A stretch of 64,000 bases of DNA from Firmicutes bacterium UBA5449 (GTDB lineage: Bacteria; Bacillota; SHA-98; UBA4971), in NCBI GenBank assembly GCA_002424305.1, contig DIQZ01000051.1:3497-67496 (forward strand), written 5' to 3'. Under the pieces are notes generated by a model, which had not been told where the DNA came from, did no database searches, and saw only the letters and a program-made list of their open reading frames with translations. Both the position numbers and the translations under genes were made by a program. How positions within the stretch are numbered: the stretch's first letter is position 1; each line of letters begins with the position of its first letter. This document shows positions 26,889 to 38,248 of this stretch, piece after piece.

Positions 26889-28136
26889 CTAACCATACAT
26901 AATACGTACCTGACCGTTAGATGTCCGCGCCTTGATTCTTAACCTGTCACTGTTCTCAGAAAACCCTGATGTCTCAGCAATTACTTCCCTTCGCATAGCA
27001 CCTTCATCCCTTATCTGGTAGACCAGGTCAGGGAGATCAAGCACGATGCGTCCCAGGCTTGTTTTGGCGTCTATATGATAGCCTACCTTTTCAGCGTCTG
27101 CAAGCTGTACCTGTATCGTTCCGTTGGAGGTCATTAGATCATACTCTGATTCCGCTGATATCTCCCGAGATACTACAGTTATCCTACCGTTTGACGTTCT
27201 TGCGTTGAGTCTCTGAGTGACTCCGCTGAAGTCAATTGTACCGTTAGAGCTTTCAAGCTCAGCTATGACTCCGCAAGTATTGTCCAGTTCTATCCGACCG
27301 TTTGATGTTTCTACTTTGATCATTCTGCACTTGAAATCCCCAAGGCTCACCCTACCGTTTTGTGTCTTGAGATCCAGGTCGTATAGAGACTCCTTTGGCA
27401 ATCTCACCTTGAGAGAGGCTCCGGCCAAAGCTTTTCTGTGGACAGCCTTGATCTTAAGTGAATCATCGCTTGAATCATACTGCAAAAGCTCTTCCAGCAT
27501 GCCCTTGGCTGATTCACAATCTGCTCCGGGGTCCTTTATCGTAGCCGTTACATTAATGCGAAAGCCCGGTTCGTCCCACGGTTCAACCGTTATGCTTCCA
27601 TTCAATGTAGAAAGTTCCACGTCAATCTTCTTGTCAGGTTCCCCTGTGAAACTTCCGTCTATCACCTTCTCTACCCTGATGCCGTGGGCGAACATACTCT
27701 GAAGGGGCTCAGCAATCACTTTCGACCAACGCGAGACCAGGGCATCGTCAGTGTCAGATTCATCAGTCCGATATCTGTCTCTTGCTTCTTGCTGAATTCG
27801 ACCGATGGCTTCGTCTGTGCTCTTTATCGCACTTTCCACAGTATCCCGAATCTTCTCAGCCAAGCCTTCAAATGCTGTTGTATCCACTACATCAGCAAGA
27901 TCAGAAAGCCTATCAACCAATCCTTTCACACCTCTTATGTCAACTCTTCCGGGAGGAGACAAGGACTCCGGTTGCACAGGTTCATCGCTGTCACTGTCGG
28001 GAATCAATGAAGATTCCTCCGGAGTGTAGAGCCCGACAGCTTCGTTAATAGCTTCAATTAATGAAGCCGCCTGCTCAGCAGTGATCTTGCCTTCTTCAAG
28101 CATTTTTAAGATCATCATAACTTCTTCACGCATCAT
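26889..28136 (-). CDS. DUF4097 beta-helical (adhesin-like, LiaG/YvlB-like) protein
   Basis: 415 aa. An N-terminal SHOCT-like helix is followed by at least seven [TS][SQ/L]NG-x-[IV] repeats (STLNGSITV, KTQNGRVSL, ETSNGRIEL, ESSNGTIDF, RTSNGRITV, MTSNGTIQV, RTSNGQVRI), which are diagnostic of DUF4097. Confidence 0.65.
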   Translation of the reverse strand: MMREEVMMILKMLEEGKITAEQAASLIEAINEAVGLYTPEESSLIPDSDSDEPVQPESLSPPGRVDIRGVKGLVDRLSDLADVVDTTAFEGLAEKIRDTVESAIKSTDEAIGRIQQEARDRYRTDESDTDDALVSRWSKVIAEPLQSMFAHGIRVEKVIDGSFTGEPDKKIDVELSTLNGSITVEPWDEPGFRINVTATIKDPGADCESAKGMLEELLQYDSSDDSLKIKAVHRKALAGASLKVRLPKESLYDLDLKTQNGRVSLGDFKCRMIKVETSNGRIELDNTCGVIAELESSNGTIDFSGVTQRLNARTSNGRITVVSREISAESEYDLMTSNGTIQVQLADAEKVGYHIDAKTSLGRIVLDLPDLVYQIRDEGAMRREVIAETSGFSENSDRLRIKARTSNGQVRIMYG

Positions 28137-28183
28137 TCACCCTCCTTGTAACTTCTGCTTGATCTATTTTACTTAAAGAAGCG

Positions 28184-28570
28184 TTACATCTTTTGCTTCA
28201 GAAGCTTTACAGCCTCATCTGCACTGAGTTCTCCCTTCGCAAGAGAATCAAGGACTTCTCTCCGCCTACCTGCAATCTCGGCTTCGTCTTCCCCGTCACA
28301 CTCAACCGGAAAACCGAGAGCCTGGATCACTGTGTCCAGCCGACCACGGACCGTAGGATAGGATATTCCAAGCTCTCTCTCAACTTCCTTTATGTTCCCG
28401 CGACATCTAACGAATGTCACCGCAAAATCCCGTTGCTCATCAGTCATCTGACAAAACTTGCATGTTTCAAAGCGCCCGCCGATTGAAGTATCGCACCTGG
28501 GACACGAGAGCTTTGTAACTTCCAGCGATCCACCACAAATAGGACATCTACCAAGAGCTCTGTGCCTCAC
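28184..28570 (-). CDS. DUF2089-type zinc-ribbon plus HTH protein (putative regulator)
   Basis: 128 aa. It has an N-terminal CPICGG...CPRCDT zinc ribbon, then CKFC, an HTH-like segment (ELGISYPTVRGRL), and a C-terminal SHOCT-like LSADEAVKLLKQ. Confidence 0.55.
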   Translation of the reverse strand: MRHRALGRCPICGGSLEVTKLSCPRCDTSIGGRFETCKFCQMTDEQRDFAVTFVRCRGNIKEVERELGISYPTVRGRLDTVIQALGFPVECDGEDEAEIAGRRREVLDSLAKGELSADEAVKLLKQKM

Positions 28571-28729
28571 ATTATCACCTCCCTCAATATCATTGATAGC
28601 AACATTAATAATATAAAGCTATGCGTTAATATTATAAAGCCCCTTATAAAAGAATGTCAATAGATCTTGCATAATTTTGTCATAGACTTTACTTAAAGGT
28701 GAATTATTAGGAGACACTGCTCGAAATCC

Positions 28730-30583
28730 TCAACTGTTGCCTGTTAAGACTTGCTTGACCCGTTCGGCGAGTTTATGGTTTATTCCCGGGACATTCGCGA
28801 TCTCCTCGACTTCTGCACTACGTATGCCTCTCACTGACCCAAACGCCTTAAGGAGGGCCTGAAGTCGTTTCTTGCCGATACCGGGGATTTCTTCAAGGGC
28901 TGAAAGAGTAGATCTTTTCGTCCTGAGCTTCCTGTGGTATGAGATGGCAAATCTATGTGCCTCATCACGAATGTGCCGAAGAAGAAGGAGGGCTTTTGAA
29001 TCCCTTGGAAGAACAATCGGTTGTTCTTGACCTTCAACGAAGATCAATTCATCTGATTCTGCAAGACTTATAACTGGAATGCCTTGGACGTCTAATTCAC
29101 AAAGTGCATTAAGTCCTGCATTGAGCTGACCCTTGCCTCCGTCAATAACAATGAGGTCAGGCAGGTGTCTTTCTTTCTGATCGTGCTCTGGAATCTTCTT
29201 GTACCGCCTGGAAATTATCTCATGCATCATGGCATAGTCGTCTTGGCCTTCCACTGTTCTAATCTTGAAGCGGCGGTACGAAGACTTCGCAGGACGCCCG
29301 CGATCGAATACTACCATCCCGCCAACAGCATCAGTGCCCTGGATAGTGGATATATCAAATGCTTCAATTCTTACGGGAAGTGTAGGAAGATCCAAGGCTT
29401 GCTGCAGCTCAAGCAAGGCAGCGTCTTTAAGTACTGCATCCTGTACGGCCTTGGTTTTCGCATCCTCCAGACTGAGTCTTGCGTTGTCAGTTGTCATATC
29501 AATAAGATGCTTCTTATCGCCGCGCTGAGGTACATGAATGCTAACCTTACGACCTTTTTTCTCCCGCAGCCACATGCTGATGGCCTCTTTATCCTCAGGT
29601 TCGATAGGAAGCAAAACCTCATCCGGAATAAAGGTAGCCTCAGAATAGTATTGCTTTACAAAAGCTGTCAGCATCTCACAGTCAGGCATATCATCAATGT
29701 TAGTTATAAAAAACCGTTCCCGTCCGATGAGTTTTCCGGAACGAATGAAAAACACCTGAGCACATGAGTCAGCCTCATCGCGAAAACAGCCGATTACATC
29801 AATGTCGCTGCGCGACTGCAAGACTATCTTCTGCCGCTCAGTCACACGTTCAATAGCTCTGACAGCATCCCTAATAGACGCAGCCCTCTCGAAATCAAGA
29901 GAGTCTGAGGCTTCTTGCATCTGTGTTTTCATTGCACGTATTACTTGGTCTTGACGCCCTTCCAGAAAGAGCATAATCTGGCTTATCAGCTCCATATAGG
30001 CTTCCTTGGATACCCTTCCCGAGCAGGGAGAAAGGCATTTCCTTATGTGGTAGTTCAAGCATGGCCTGAGCTTCGGCTCCTCGTCCTCAGATATCTTCTT
30101 CGAGCAATTCCGAATAGGGAAAAGACGCCTCAAGAAGCGAAGCGTCTCGCGCATTGCGCCGACATCAGCATATGGTCCGAAGTAACGGCTCCCGTCTTGC
30201 TGAAGCCTTCTGGTCACGATCACCCTGGGAAACTCTTCTTCCAGAGTAATCTTGATAAAGGGGTAGGTCTTGTCATCCCTCAACTGCACGTTGAACCAAG
30301 GACGATGTTTCTTTATCAAATTATTCTCAAGAATTAGTGCTTCGACCTCTGAATCAGTGACAATATACTCGAAATCCGCGATGCGTTCTACAAGCAATTG
30401 AGTCCGCCTGGGTAACCCCGCAGGCGACTGGAAGTAGGAACGAACCCTGTTTTTCAGAGACGAAGCCTTACCCACATATATGACCTGACCGGCAAAATCC
30501 TTCATTACGTAGACTCCGGGTCTGTCAGGGAGCTCTTTGACTCTTTCAACCAGTCGGACTCTCAGGTCGGAACTCATCAACAA
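28730..30583 (-). CDS. uvrC: Excinuclease ABC subunit C
   Basis: 617 aa. It has an N-terminal GIY-YIG domain ([25 protein letters not shown]) and a C-terminal HhH. Its start overlaps the uvrA stop. Confidence 0.9.
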   Translation of the reverse strand: MLMSSDLRVRLVERVKELPDRPGVYVMKDFAGQVIYVGKASSLKNRVRSYFQSPAGLPRRTQLLVERIADFEYIVTDSEVEALILENNLIKKHRPWFNVQLRDDKTYPFIKITLEEEFPRVIVTRRLQQDGSRYFGPYADVGAMRETLRFLRRLFPIRNCSKKISEDEEPKLRPCLNYHIRKCLSPCSGRVSKEAYMELISQIMLFLEGRQDQVIRAMKTQMQEASDSLDFERAASIRDAVRAIERVTERQKIVLQSRSDIDVIGCFRDEADSCAQVFFIRSGKLIGRERFFITNIDDMPDCEMLTAFVKQYYSEATFIPDEVLLPIEPEDKEAISMWLREKKGRKVSIHVPQRGDKKHLIDMTTDNARLSLEDAKTKAVQDAVLKDAALLELQQALDLPTLPVRIEAFDISTIQGTDAVGGMVVFDRGRPAKSSYRRFKIRTVEGQDDYAMMHEIISRRYKKIPEHDQKERHLPDLIVIDGGKGQLNAGLNALCELDVQGIPVISLAESDELIFVEGQEQPIVLPRDSKALLLLRHIRDEAHRFAISYHRKLRTKRSTLSALEEIPGIGKKRLQALLKAFGSVRGIRSAEVEEIANVPGINHKLAERVKQVLTGNS

Positions 30584-33405
30584 AGTACCTTTCTAAGAAA
30601 TCGGCCTGTATAGGACGTCTCCACTTCTGCGACTTCTTCAGGAGTTCCGCATGCAACAACTGTTCCGCCTCTTTCGCCACCTTCAGGTCCTAAGTCAATA
30701 ACATAGTCCGCGGTCTTTATCACATCAAGGTTGTGCTCAATAACAAGGACGGTGTCACCCTCTTCCACAAGGCGTCCAAGAACCTCAAGTAACCTATGGA
30801 TGTCAGCAAAGTGAAGCCCGGTTGTGGGCTCATCCAGCATGTACAGAGTTCTGCCGTTACTACGACGGCCTAACTCCGTAGCAAGCTTGACTCTCTGGGC
30901 TTCCCCACCTGATAAGGTTGTAGCAGGTTGTCCAAGTTTTATATATCCGAGCCCCACGTCATACAGTGTCTCCAACCTGCGCCTGATACGAGGAATATTC
31001 CGGAAGAATTCAAGAGCCTCATCCACTCTCATGTCCAATACGTCCGCTATTGTCTTTCCCTTGTACTTAATCTCTAAGGTCTCTCTATTGTACCGTTTTC
31101 CCCTGCATACCTCACATGGAACGTAGACGTCAGGAAGGAAGTGCATCTCAATTCTTATGATACCATCGCCACGGCATGCTTCGCACCTGCCACCCTTTAC
31201 ATTAAAACTGAATCTGCCGGGACGGTACCCGCGAGCCCTGGCCTCTGCAGTCAGAGCAAAGGTCTGCCTGATAATGTCAAACGTTCCAGTGTATGTGGCC
31301 GGATTGGATCTGGGGGTTCTGCCAATAGGTGATTGATCTACATTGATGACACGATCCAGGTGTTCAAGTCCTAAGAGAGCATCGTGAGCTCCGGACTTAA
31401 CTGATGCCCTGTTCAAGTCGTGTGAGAGCCTCTTGTATAAGATCTCGTTTATCAGCGTGCTCTTCCCTGACCCTGAAACTCCAGTCACACACAAGAAAAC
31501 TCCCAGTGGGATCTCTACATCAATCCCTTTAAGGTTATGTTCTCTTGCCCCTTTAATCAGCAAGGATTTTCCGTTTGGAGAGCGACGATTGGGCGGGACA
31601 GGTATTTTCTCTTTTCCGGAAAGGTAAACCCCGGTCAATGAGTTCTCACAGGAGACTATGTCATCAAGTGTTCCCGAAGCCACTACATGCCCACCTTCAG
31701 CGCCTGCTCCCGGGCCTACGTCAATAATATGATCTGCAGATCTAATAGTCTCTTCATCATGTTCTACCACAATGACAGTGTTCCCCAAGTCACGGAGGTT
31801 CTTTAACGTGCTTATCAAACGCATGTTATCGCGTTGATGAAGCCCGATACTGGGTTCGTCGAGTATATAGAGAACCCCGACAAGACTTGAACCAATCTGG
31901 GTGGCAAGTCGTATACGTTGAGCCTCCCCGCCTGCCAGCGTGCCTGCGGGTCTATCAAGCGTAAGATAATCAAGGCCTACGTTGACTAGGAACCCCAGAC
32001 GTTCCCGTATTTCCTTCAGGACTTGTCCGGCAATAAGCAGGTCTCGATCTGTCAGTTCCAGGGTTTCAAAGAAATCGCAAGCATCTTGGCATGACAGTGC
32101 CGTGATCTCTATTATTGACTTGCCGCCGACGGTTACAGCGAGACTCTCAGGCCTAAGCCTTTTGCCATCACATTCAGGGCAGATTCTGGCTGCTATGAAG
32201 GTTTCAATTTCTCTGCGTATCCCTTGTGAGCGGGCATCTCTGTACCTACGCTCCAAATACGGTAATAGCCCTTCATATCCGGCCTCTCGTGATACCAGAT
32301 TGCCGGAAAAATCATGGTACTTAAATCTGAATCTTTCTTTTCCTGCACCATAAAGCAGTATCTTCCGATGTTCCGAAGACAGTCGATTTACCGGGACGGT
32401 TTCATCAATTCCAAAACGCTTACACACTGCCATGACTCTGTTTGCAAAGAAATCACTGCGTGTCCCTTCCCAGGATCTTTGCCAAGGCACCAACGCGCCT
32501 TCCACTATGCTTTTGTCTGTGTCCAGGACAAGCACAGGATCAATTTCTTCTTTGGTTCCCAGTCCTGCACATTCAGGACATGCTCCGTACGGGCTGTTGA
32601 ATGAGAACATCCTTGGCGTAAGTTCTTCGAAATTGATTCCACATTCAACACAAGCAAATTTCTCACTGAAGACCAGGTCTTCTTTGTCCAGCACACTAAT
32701 GACAGTAATCCCGCCACTGCGTTTCATAGCCAGCTCTATTGAGTCAGCCAAACGTTTTTCTATTCCTTCTCGGATTACCAAGCGGTCAACTACTATCTCA
32801 ATGGTATGCATCTTGTATCTGTCCAACGAAATACCTTCATCGACTCGGTGCATCTCGCCGTTGACTCGTACCCTGACAAATCCGTCTTTTCTGATATCCT
32901 CAAAGACTTTCTCATGTTCACCTTTCTTCCCACGAATAACAGGGGCTAATACCTGCACCCTTGTGTTTTCACCGAGGGCGATTACCCGATCCACAATTTG
33001 CTGTACTGTCTGCTGAGTGATAGGTCGCCCGCATTTCGGACAATGAGGCTTGCCTATTCTTGCAAAAAGAACCCTCAAATAATCGTATATCTCCGTTACC
33101 GTCCCCACCGTGGATCTGGGGTTTCTGCTCCCGCTCTTCTGGTCAATGGCTATGGCAGGCGATAAGCCTTCGATGTAGTCTACATCAGGTTTGTCCATTT
33201 GGCCGAGAAACTGCCGCGCATAGGAGGAAAGAGACTCTACATAGCGCCTCTGGCCTTCAGCGTAAATAGTATCAAATGCCAGAGACGATTTTCCCGAGCC
33301 ACTAATCCCGGTGATAACCACAAGTTTATCCCTGGGTATCTTAACACTTATATTTTTCAGGTTGTGCTGTCTGGCACCCCTGACAACTATGAAATCTTTG
33401 CTCAC
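30577..33405 (-). CDS. uvrA: Excinuclease ABC subunit A
   Basis: It has two ABC ATPase modules ([24 protein letters not shown]) and zinc-finger CxxC pairs. The track ORF reaches 33528 and would overlap uvrB by 100 nt. A GTG at 33405..33403, preceded by GGAGGA-N6, gives the canonical N-terminus [19 protein letters not shown]. Confidence 0.9.
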   Translation of the reverse strand: MSKDFIVVRGARQHNLKNISVKIPRDKLVVITGISGSGKSSLAFDTIYAEGQRRYVESLSSYARQFLGQMDKPDVDYIEGLSPAIAIDQKSGSRNPRSTVGTVTEIYDYLRVLFARIGKPHCPKCGRPITQQTVQQIVDRVIALGENTRVQVLAPVIRGKKGEHEKVFEDIRKDGFVRVRVNGEMHRVDEGISLDRYKMHTIEIVVDRLVIREGIEKRLADSIELAMKRSGGITVISVLDKEDLVFSEKFACVECGINFEELTPRMFSFNSPYGACPECAGLGTKEEIDPVLVLDTDKSIVEGALVPWQRSWEGTRSDFFANRVMAVCKRFGIDETVPVNRLSSEHRKILLYGAGKERFRFKYHDFSGNLVSREAGYEGLLPYLERRYRDARSQGIRREIETFIAARICPECDGKRLRPESLAVTVGGKSIIEITALSCQDACDFFETLELTDRDLLIAGQVLKEIRERLGFLVNVGLDYLTLDRPAGTLAGGEAQRIRLATQIGSSLVGVLYILDEPSIGLHQRDNMRLISTLKNLRDLGNTVIVVEHDEETIRSADHIIDVGPGAGAEGGHVVASGTLDDIVSCENSLTGVYLSGKEKIPVPPNRRSPNGKSLLIKGAREHNLKGIDVEIPLGVFLCVTGVSGSGKSTLINEILYKRLSHDLNRASVKSGAHDALLGLEHLDRVINVDQSPIGRTPRSNPATYTGTFDIIRQTFALTAEARARGYRPGRFSFNVKGGRCEACRGDGIIRIEMHFLPDVYVPCEVCRGKRYNRETLEIKYKGKTIADVLDMRVDEALEFFRNIPRIRRRLETLYDVGLGYIKLGQPATTLSGGEAQRVKLATELGRRSNGRTLYMLDEPTTGLHFADIHRLLEVLGRLVEEGDTVLVIEHNLDVIKTADYVIDLGPEGGERGGTVVACGTPEEVAEVETSYTGRFLRKVLC

Positions 33406-33427
33406 AATATCTCCTCCGGAGACCCCA

Positions 33428-35401
33428 CTACTTAACAAACCTTTTGCGGAGGTCTCGTATCTTGTCGCGTAGCTCTGCTGCATGCTCAAACTCAAGGACC
33501 TGAGCTGCCTTATACATCTCATCTTCAAGAGACCTTATGAGTTCAGCAACCTCCTTATGGGACATGGCAGTCTCATCCAGGTCGTAGCTTGGCTTGTCTT
33601 CCGCGACTTTCATAAATTCAGCGATGTCATGAATTGCTTTTTTCACAGACTCCGGTGTTATACCATGTTGTTTATTATGCTCAACCTGAATCTCACGTCG
33701 TCGAGACGTCTCGTCAATAGCCTTTCGCATAGATTCAGTGATGTTATCAGCATACATTATGACCTGACCGTTAACGTTACGTGCAGCTCGACCAATAGTC
33801 TGAATCAGCGAAGTCTCAGAGCGCAGAAAACCTTCTTTGTCCGCATCCAAAATTGCAACAAGAGAAACCTCAGGAAGATCCAGGCCTTCCCTGAGAAGGT
33901 TAATTCCCACCAGAACATCAAACTCGCCAAGACGTAAGTCTCTTAAGATCTCCACTCGCTCCAAGGTGTGTATTTCCGAATGTAGATATCTGGCCTTCAC
34001 CCCTACTTCCAGTAGATAGTCAGTGAGGTCTTCAGCCATCTTCTTGGTGAGTGTCGTCACCAGGACTCTCTCATTTACATTTACCCGATCTTGGATTTCG
34101 GCTAAGAGGTCATCGATTTGATGCCGCGTGGGACGCACCAGAATTTCCGGATCAACAAGACCTGTGGGTCTGATAATCTGCTCCACCACTTGGTTGCTGA
34201 CTTCAAACTCATATCGTCCCGGTGTCGCCGAAGCGAAAATTGCCTGGTTCACGCGTGCCTCAAACTCATCGAACGTCAGCGGCCGATTGTCATAGGCTGA
34301 AGGCAATCTAAACCCGTATTCAACGAGGTTGTGTTTGCGCGACCTGTCCCCTGCATGCATAGCGTGTAACTGGGGGAGAGTCACGTGAGATTCGTCAATG
34401 ATTATGAGGAAATCCTGGGGAAAGTAGTCCAAGAGTGTTGCCGGTGGCTCACCCGGTTGTCTCCTTGTCAAGTGACGCGAGTAATTCTCAATGCCCTGAC
34501 AATATCCCACTTCACGCAGCATCTCCAGATCGTACCTGGTTCTTTGCTCAAGTCGTTGGGCTTCCAGGAGTTTTCCGGATGCCTGCAAAATACCAAGTCT
34601 CTCCTCAAGTTCTTCTTGAATACTGACAATCGCCTGCTTTAGTTTCTCCTCATTGGTTACGAAGTGTGTCGCCGGGAAAATCGTTACGGATTCTCGCTCC
34701 GCTAATATCTCTCCGGTGATGGGATCCAGCGTCATTATACGGTCAACTTCATCACCGAAAAACTCAATTCGAATTACGTTTTCTTCATAGGCAGGGATTA
34801 TCTCAACGACATCACCGCGGACCCGGAACGTCCCTCTGGCAAATCCTATGTCGTTGCGTACGTACTGAATCCTTACCAAGTCTCTTAGAATACCGTCTCT
34901 GTCAGTCTCCTGCCCGAGCCTTAATGCGACCATCATTTCTTGGTAGTCTTCAGGAGAACCAAGTCCGTAGATACACGACACACTGGCGACTATGAGTACA
35001 TCTTGTCGCTCCAGGAGAGCGCTGGTAGCCCTATGCCGCAACCTATCAATCTCATCATTTATGGATGCATCCTTTTCAATGTATGTGTCAGACTGTGGCA
35101 CATAAGCTTCAGGCTGGTAGTAATCGTAATAACTGACGAAGTATTCTACGGCGTTATCAGGAAACAACGTACGAAACTCGCTACAAAGTTGAGCTGCCAA
35201 TGTCTTATTATGGGCAATGACCAGCGTAGGCTTTTGCACTTCCTGAACTACCAGAGCATCAGTGAAAGTCTTGCCGGTTCCTGTAGCACCAAGCAGAGTC
35301 TGAAACCTATACCCGGATATTATGCCTTCCCTCAACTTAAGGGCAGCTTCAGCTTGGTCACCCTTAGGTGTTAAGTCTGTTCGCAACTTAAATTCGCTCA
35401 A
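33428..35401 (-). CDS. uvrB: Excinuclease ABC subunit B
   Basis: 657 aa. It has helicase motifs ([12 protein letters not shown]) and a C-terminal UVR domain ([12 protein letters not shown]). Confidence 0.9.
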   Translation of the reverse strand: MSEFKLRTDLTPKGDQAEAALKLREGIISGYRFQTLLGATGTGKTFTDALVVQEVQKPTLVIAHNKTLAAQLCSEFRTLFPDNAVEYFVSYYDYYQPEAYVPQSDTYIEKDASINDEIDRLRHRATSALLERQDVLIVASVSCIYGLGSPEDYQEMMVALRLGQETDRDGILRDLVRIQYVRNDIGFARGTFRVRGDVVEIIPAYEENVIRIEFFGDEVDRIMTLDPITGEILAERESVTIFPATHFVTNEEKLKQAIVSIQEELEERLGILQASGKLLEAQRLEQRTRYDLEMLREVGYCQGIENYSRHLTRRQPGEPPATLLDYFPQDFLIIIDESHVTLPQLHAMHAGDRSRKHNLVEYGFRLPSAYDNRPLTFDEFEARVNQAIFASATPGRYEFEVSNQVVEQIIRPTGLVDPEILVRPTRHQIDDLLAEIQDRVNVNERVLVTTLTKKMAEDLTDYLLEVGVKARYLHSEIHTLERVEILRDLRLGEFDVLVGINLLREGLDLPEVSLVAILDADKEGFLRSETSLIQTIGRAARNVNGQVIMYADNITESMRKAIDETSRRREIQVEHNKQHGITPESVKKAIHDIAEFMKVAEDKPSYDLDETAMSHKEVAELIRSLEDEMYKAAQVLEFEHAAELRDKIRDLRKRFVK

Positions 35402-35646
35402 CAGTTGAGCCTCCTATTTGATGTCTTAAAGCCTATTGATCATTCTAGAACACCCTTAGCAATACTGCAATATGCCATGACCAAGGCCAAATTGGCGGGT
35501 TTTTGCAGGAACCGCTTGCCTACGAACATACATTCGGCGCAGGTGAAGTATCTCCTTCCTGCTCGCAGGGAAATAATGAAATTATGTCTGTGAATAATGT
35601 ATGGTCATGATTATTTGAGGTTTGCAGGCGGGTAATTTCCAAATCG

Positions 35647-36924
35647 TCACGATCGAATCTTCCTGATCCATCTAACCAGTGGTCCTTCCAGAGACGCCAT
35701 AGGCACCTTTGCATGTGCATCATCATCAGGCGAAGGCGAAGGAATGAGTCCAATCCTCTCTACTGTGCCGGAGATGGACCGCGAGAAACGCTCTTTGGTA
35801 CCGTCAGTGCGGAATCGTTCAGCCTCAATGTAATACCAAGGAACATACGCCCCAAAAGCCGTCCTGAGCTCTTCAGGACTCCTTATCTGCCTGCCGTTTA
35901 TGGAAATAATTAAGTCCCTGCTCTTGAAGCCGACATTAGCAGCAGGCGAATCAGGTACAACATCAAGCACAACTAAACCTCTGGGATTCGTTGAGAAAAG
36001 CGGTGGTCCCACAATCTCTCCGCGTCTTCCTGATGCTATGACCAGTTCATGCCCTACAGGAGCAAAGATTGCAGCTATCCATTGAATGGGCGGAAACGGA
36101 ATGGAGGCTAACGCCAATCCCAAAAGCACCAGACTAAATACTAAGAGATCCCGCGCTGTACGGGCACTCCTCTCTTCGGGACTTCTCGCAATAGCAAAAT
36201 CCCCATAACCAAGAGCTGCCGGGATCAAGAACATGGCAAATAAAAGCTCGTGGCCTTCCGGCGGCACGATTCCGGGTTTTATAAGAGGCCACCAATCCGG
36301 CATAGTTATTAGGCCGCCTGCTACACTGTGCAATTCACTTGCCGGGGGAGTCACCAACAGCATGCTGATGATAGGCATAGGCCAGAACTTCTGTAATACG
36401 AACCCCCCTACTACCTGTCCTTCCTGCGTTTTCATATAAAGGGGAAGCGCCCCTTGACTGCCTGTAAAGCGTATCAGCAATCCTTCAACCAAGTGAAGCA
36501 CTGCCACAAGAATCATGATGTCTGTAACCCCTACTTCAGGCCAGCCAAATATCAGGCTGGACAAGGAGACCAATCCCCCGGCGTATGAGAAACACAAGAA
36601 TCGTTGATCAATAAGCATAAGAATAACTGCAATCGGAAGGATGAACGAGACTCCTGCCCTGGTTACAGTAACCCCTACGAGTATTAGGATGAGGCTTGCG
36701 AAAAAACCTCCGATAACACCAAGCAGAATAGACGTGAGAACACGAGAAATCAGTGTCTCGCCGGCCTTCCCGTATACGTTAGCCTCAATTCTGGCAGCAC
36801 GGGAATACTGGGCAGCAACAAGCGCTATAATCACCCAAAAGATCGGATGGAGCACTGCTTGTGGAATCAACATTAGGATCGTGACAATTATCTTCCCGAA
36901 AGGAAACATTAAGGCCACTCCCAT
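35647..36924 (-). CDS. Polytopic membrane protein with a C-terminal PDZ domain
   Basis: 425 aa. The N-terminal two-thirds is hydrophobic. The C-terminus has a PDZ-type segment (VLDVVPDSPAANVGFKSRDLIISINGRQIRSPEEL). No HExxH motif was seen. Confidence 0.5.
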   Translation of the reverse strand: MGVALMFPFGKIIVTILMLIPQAVLHPIFWVIIALVAAQYSRAARIEANVYGKAGETLISRVLTSILLGVIGGFFASLILILVGVTVTRAGVSFILPIAVILMLIDQRFLCFSYAGGLVSLSSLIFGWPEVGVTDIMILVAVLHLVEGLLIRFTGSQGALPLYMKTQEGQVVGGFVLQKFWPMPIISMLLVTPPASELHSVAGGLITMPDWWPLIKPGIVPPEGHELLFAMFLIPAALGYGDFAIARSPEERSARTARDLLVFSLVLLGLALASIPFPPIQWIAAIFAPVGHELVIASGRRGEIVGPPLFSTNPRGLVVLDVVPDSPAANVGFKSRDLIISINGRQIRSPEELRTAFGAYVPWYYIEAERFRTDGTKERFSRSISGTVERIGLIPSPSPDDDAHAKVPMASLEGPLVRWIRKIRS

Positions 36925-36953
36925 TTAACGCGCAAACTACTATTCATTATACG

Positions 36954-38207
36954 TCACCCTGCAACTTGGTTTGACTCCTGTTTTTCCAATTGCGCTTTTA
37001 GGATCTCAATAGCGGCCTGGACCTGCGCATCTGTAAGATCATCTTCAGAGTCCTCAGACATCTCAGAGAGTTCCACTACTATATCAGGCTCTATACCCTT
37101 CTTATCAATTAAATGCTCACCTGCAGTAAGATACTTATGAGTCGTTACCGAAATAGCAGAACCGTCAGACAGCGGATAGATGGTTTGAACTGACCCTTTA
37201 CCGAATGTCTTGACCCCTACTATAGTGGCGCGCCCCATATCTTTCAGCGCGCCTGCGACAATTTCCGATGAGCTTGCGCTTGCTTCGTTGACCAGCACGA
37301 CCATGGGGACATCTACCTTCGCTCCGGGGCCTGCATGATAAGTAACCCGACGCCCGCCCTTACCCACCATATGCACGACAGGGGTTCCTGCAGGTAGGAA
37401 CTTAGTTGCTACTTGAACTGCCAGATCCACGGAGCCTCCCGGGTTCAGCCGAAGATCCAGGATAAGACCTTTCATGTTCTGTTCCAGCAGATTCTGAATC
37501 TCTTCCATCATCTCTTCTGCTGTATGCTCACCAAAGAACGAAGCTAAGTGGACATGTCCTATTCCATCGTCCAGCATTTCGCAGCCAATGCGCGGAATTG
37601 CTATAGTATCTCTGACGATACTCACGTCAAAATTGCTTGTCGTCTCATTCTCCGCTCTTTCTATTCCCAAGACAACAGTAGTGCCTTTCTTTCCTTTCAT
37701 CAAAGAGACAGCATACTCCAAAGCCATGTCTTGCGTGGTTCTGCCGTCGATATGCTTAATCCTGTCCAGAGGCAGCAAACCTGCACGCTCCCCAGGGGTA
37801 TCTTTAATGGGAGATACGATAGTCAGTTCCCCGTCAAGGATTCCTACGACTATGCCTATGCCGTCAAAGGAGCCCTTCATATCGTCCATAAAAGTGCGAA
37901 ACTGCGACTTGTCCATAAACTTTGAGTAAGGGTCATCCAAGGCCTTAACCATGTCCTCTACGCGTTGCTCCCGGCTATATGCTTCGAGCAACACAGCGTC
38001 ATCAACAGGGTGCAGGTAAAAGTGCTTCAATATGTAGAGCGCCTCCAGAGCAGCTTCAGCACTTTCTGCCTGAGAACTTTCAGACGTATCAGATGTTTCA
38101 TTTGCAGCTCCTGCAATAGGACTGTAGACATAGCCTCCCCAAAACAGCACTCCAGCAATTGCCATGAGCGCCACAATCAAGCATACCTGACGAAGGCACT
38201 TCCTCAT
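36954..38207 (-). CDS. ctpA: Carboxyl-terminal processing protease (S41 family)
   Basis: 417 aa. It has a signal/transmembrane N-terminus, a PDZ domain (GIVVGILDGELTIVSPIKDTPGERAGL), and an S41 catalytic region (VVLVNEASASSSEIVAGALKD). Confidence 0.85.
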   Translation of the reverse strand: MRKCLRQVCLIVALMAIAGVLFWGGYVYSPIAGAANETSDTSESSQAESAEAALEALYILKHFYLHPVDDAVLLEAYSREQRVEDMVKALDDPYSKFMDKSQFRTFMDDMKGSFDGIGIVVGILDGELTIVSPIKDTPGERAGLLPLDRIKHIDGRTTQDMALEYAVSLMKGKKGTTVVLGIERAENETTSNFDVSIVRDTIAIPRIGCEMLDDGIGHVHLASFFGEHTAEEMMEEIQNLLEQNMKGLILDLRLNPGGSVDLAVQVATKFLPAGTPVVHMVGKGGRRVTYHAGPGAKVDVPMVVLVNEASASSSEIVAGALKDMGRATIVGVKTFGKGSVQTIYPLSDGSAISVTTHKYLTAGEHLIDKKGIEPDIVVELSEMSEDSEDDLTDAQVQAAIEILKAQLEKQESNQVAG

Positions 38208-38248
38208 ATCTTTTCACCAGTTTCTATATTATTTCCCAAGTCTTATCT

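Noticed and set aside
30577-33528. 100-nt overlap between uvrB and uvrA suggested by the longest-ORF calls
   Set aside because: A GTG at 33405 with a GGAGGA SD gives the canonical UvrA N-terminus. The overlap is an artefact of longest-ORF extension.
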